In this document: positions 61,720-64,000 of the stretch, in pieces
Layout: each line of letters begins with the position of its first letter
How positions within the stretch are numbered: position 1 is the first letter of the stretch
IMG/VR virus record: IMGVR_UViG_3300028531_000001
Location: 1-64,000 of that record
DNA length: 64,000 nucleotides
DNA from: a virus
Lineage: Duplodnaviria; Caudoviricetes
Strand: one strand, 5' to 3'
Made by a program: the position numbers and the translations under genes
The notes under the pieces: generated by a model
Databases searched by the model: none
What the model saw: the letters and a program-made list of their open reading frames with translations, nothing else
What the model was told of the DNA's origin: nothing

Positions 61720-62055
61720 GACGAAAGGTTGTGCGGCGTGTAGTGGGGTGGAGGGAAAATTTAAGTTCTGGACGCTTGCGACCGACAGGTTTTGGGCGAG
61801 CGCTCAACACACCTAGGTCCACAAACCGAATATACGGTAGACCAAGGATGTTGCGAGGAGACAACACGAATGCTAGGCGGGTCCGAAATCAGCAATGGCG
61901 GGCGATGATTCAAGGTTTCGCTCGGAAAGGCAAGGGCTGTTGGGATTTCTCGAAAAACATCCAAAGTCCCATAGAGAAACCAACGAGAGTCAGCCTATCT
62001 GTTCTATGCGGGTGGTGACGGAGCGAGTTTGGTCCTTGCACCAGGAGATCACAGT

Positions 62056-62850
62056 ATGATGGGGATGCCGGCGAAGAAGATGCGTGGGGAGGTTGCCTTC
62101 ACCTACGAAGGCGCTGACGTACTGTTTAACGACAACCGCCTCGTCTCTCTGACGGACATGTGGAAGGCGGCGGGAAAGCCCGCCACAAAGAAGGTTGCAC
62201 ACTGGCGTCAGATCGATGAGACCGCCGATTTCGTCGCCTCGGTTGCGGAGAAACAAAAGGTACGCCCTGGGTACCTTTTCGCCGTAACCCCAGGCCGCAA
62301 CGGGGGAACCTTCGCTCACTGGCAGATTGCCCTTGCCTACGGCAAGTATCTCAGCCCCGAGTTCCACCAGCACGTCAACTCTGCCTATCGAGAGTGGTGC
62401 AGGGAGGAAGCTGACCCCGGCTTGAAGGTGGAGAGGGGGATCCAGGGCTACAAGCGGAAGGGGTACGATCCAGCCTGGATCAAGGAGCGGGTTGAGGGGA
62501 TTGACGAGCGAAACCACTTCACCCAAGTCCTGAGCAACCATAACGTCAAGAACAATGGGAAGCATGATAACGGCTATGCGGAGGTTTCGCGGACCGTCAG
62601 CCTCGGCGCGACTGGATTCACCCCCTCGGAATTCAAGAAGCGGAATGGGTTAAAGCCTTCCGCACGAACCCGAGACCACTACGACCGTGTTCAGCTGCAT
62701 CGTGCAAAAAACATCGAATTTGAAGCAGGGCATCTGATTCAAAACACTGCCGCCGACGGGAATTCAGAGTGCGCCGAATGCTGCCGCAAGGTCGTTCGCG
62801 AGACCAAGCGATACCTTGAAGCTATCCACGGCAGCGTCGCGATCCACTGA
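62056..62850 (+). CDS. KilA-N domain protein
   Basis: 'VSLTDMWKAAG...HWRQ...GRNGGTFAHWQIALAYGKYLSPEFH'. Confidence 0.88.
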   Translation: MMGMPAKKMRGEVAFTYEGADVLFNDNRLVSLTDMWKAAGKPATKKVAHWRQIDETADFVASVAEKQKVRPGYLFAVTPGRNGGTFAHWQIALAYGKYLSPEFHQHVNSAYREWCREEADPGLKVERGIQGYKRKGYDPAWIKERVEGIDERNHFTQVLSNHNVKNNGKHDNGYAEVSRTVSLGATGFTPSEFKKRNGLKPSARTRDHYDRVQLHRAKNIEFEAGHLIQNTAADGNSECAECCRKVVRETKRYLEAIHGSVAIH

Positions 62851-63416
62851 TCCACCAATACACAGCGGACAACGCCGAGGCGGACGAGTCGTTGCCGCGA
62901 GGGCCAGCCGGGGCTCATCACCCCGGCCCCGGTCCAGATCGCCGCCAGCCTGGGCGGGCTGAATGCCTTTCCGGCCCGGCCCAGGCATAAATTTTCCCAC
63001 GTCTGCTGGACATTGGTTTATCGAGGGATAGTATTCACACGGCGTGATGGCATCCACGGGAACGGACAAAGCCAAACGAGGTGCGGGATGGGATCGAGCG
63101 GATTCGGCGGCACGGTTGCAAGCCTCACTAATCCGAAGGCTGAGGTCGCGCAAATCGGACGATGGACTATCAGCGATCACTCTAGCGGCGGTCTGCGAGG
63201 TATTTCCGTGTCCTTCGGCCTGCAAAGCGAGCAACTTGTACCAGGGGTAGTCGGGGAAGACTTCATGATCACACTGGACGATGCCGGTGGCGCGCATAAA
63301 GGGGTTGGGATTCTCAAGAGCTTCCATATAAGCAGCCACGCGCCAACGTCCTATGTGGCCATGAGTCAGGGGAAATGGGATTCCCCACTTTTTGATTGAC
63401 GTACGATGATCCCATC

Positions 63417-63455
63417 GAGGGCCGCCCCGGATCGAATCGGGTGCGGCCCTCTTTT
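63417..63455 (+). terminator. Intrinsic terminator
   Basis: GAGGGCCGC...GCGGCCCTC then TTTT. Confidence 0.6.
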
Positions 63456-63469
63456 CGTTGAGGCGTGAT

Positions 63470-63964
63470 ATGCCCCTCCACCGCATCATCTCTGGAGGCC
63501 AAACCGGCGTCGATCAAGCCGCACTCAAGGCCGCTCGGCTAGTCGGACTCCAGACCGGCGGATGGGCCCCTGCCGGTTACCTCACCGAAGACGGGCCCGC
63601 CCCCGCCCTGCTCCGCTCCTTCGGCCTGGCCGAGCACGAGTCGCCCAAGTATCCGCCCCGCACGCGGGCGAACGTCCTGGAGGCGGACGGGACGCTGATC
63701 CTGACGACCAATAAGATCAGCCGGGGGACGAAACTGACGGTGGACGAGGCCATGCGGTCGGGCAAGCCGTGGAAACTGGCGATCGAGGGCGAGAACGACG
63801 TGACGCCCCGGGACGTGGCCGAGTGGATTGCGGCGAATGGGATCGGGTGTTTGAATGTGGGCGGGCCTCGGGATTCGTCGGCACCGGGGTTCGGGGAGAA
63901 GGCGGAGCGGTTTTTGGAGCGGGTGTTTCGGCTGGCGGTGGGTGACGGGGAGGCGACGGGATGA
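63470..63964 (+). CDS. Circularly permuted YpsA-type SLOG protein ('molybdenum carrier' family)
   Basis: 'IISGGQTGVDQAAL...GGWAP.G..TEDG...RTRANV..ADGTL...GT..T...LNVGGPR'. Confidence 0.85.
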   Translation: MPLHRIISGGQTGVDQAALKAARLVGLQTGGWAPAGYLTEDGPAPALLRSFGLAEHESPKYPPRTRANVLEADGTLILTTNKISRGTKLTVDEAMRSGKPWKLAIEGENDVTPRDVAEWIAANGIGCLNVGGPRDSSAPGFGEKAERFLERVFRLAVGDGEATG

Positions 63965-64000
63965 AGGGAAAGAGACGGTCAGCGAAAATGCGGAAGGTCG
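63961..64000 (+). CDS. Start of an ORF running off the window
   Basis: ATGA-coupled, MKGKRRSAKMRKV..., open to the edge. Confidence 0.35.
   Translation, partial: MKGKRRSAKMRKV

Larger units (their letters stand above)
1..64000. mobile_element. Part of a large temperate phage, probably a phage-plasmid (extends beyond both window edges)
   Basis: Tail morphogenesis genes, repressor/antirepressors, phage recombination and replication genes and a ParABS+Rep module; no host housekeeping synteny, no integrase seen. Confidence 0.9.

Overview
The window is one continuous stretch of a large, GC-rich temperate phage, probably a phage-plasmid. Its host is most likely a planctomycete, inferred from host-like DnaN, RimI-like GNAT, Zn-ribbon membrane protein, pseudopilin, PEP-CTERM and CsrA genes. 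Layout: 1-15.4 kb rightward virion module (neck, fibre/spike, tail completion, tape measure, tail tube, tail tip, RBP-like genes; no sheath, capsid, terminase or lysis genes in the window). 15.4-21.9 kb accessory and immunity region (PEP-CTERM protein, antirepressor, RHH regulator, XRE repressor). 22.1-24.5 kb GNAT-thyA-folA operon. 24.9-29.7 kb leftward accessory genes (toxin-antitoxin pair, pseudopilin fusion). 29.9-32.8 kb plasmid maintenance module (three parS-like palindromes, parA, parB, wHTH Rep). 33-64 kb rightward early/replication region (dnaN, DpdA-like + queE, RusA-like, YqaJ + SSAP, intein-containing nrdJ, dut, lambda-O-like initiator with iterons, intein-containing dnaB, csrA, KilA-N). 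The most unusual signals are: (1) two homologous ~80-nt predicted cis-antisense RNAs covering the leaders of two leftward operons, with promoters buried in the first codons, plus a third analogous countertranscript at rep; (2) a 102-aa protein resembling the C-terminal part of release factor 2 without GGQ; (3) a host-type pseudopilin fused behind a 107-aa extension; (4) a minimal DpdA-like + QueE 7-deazaguanine cassette; (5) a phage-borne PEP-CTERM surface protein. Family assignments come from motif recognition by eye, not database searches. Several start sites were re-chosen from the supplied ORF track.
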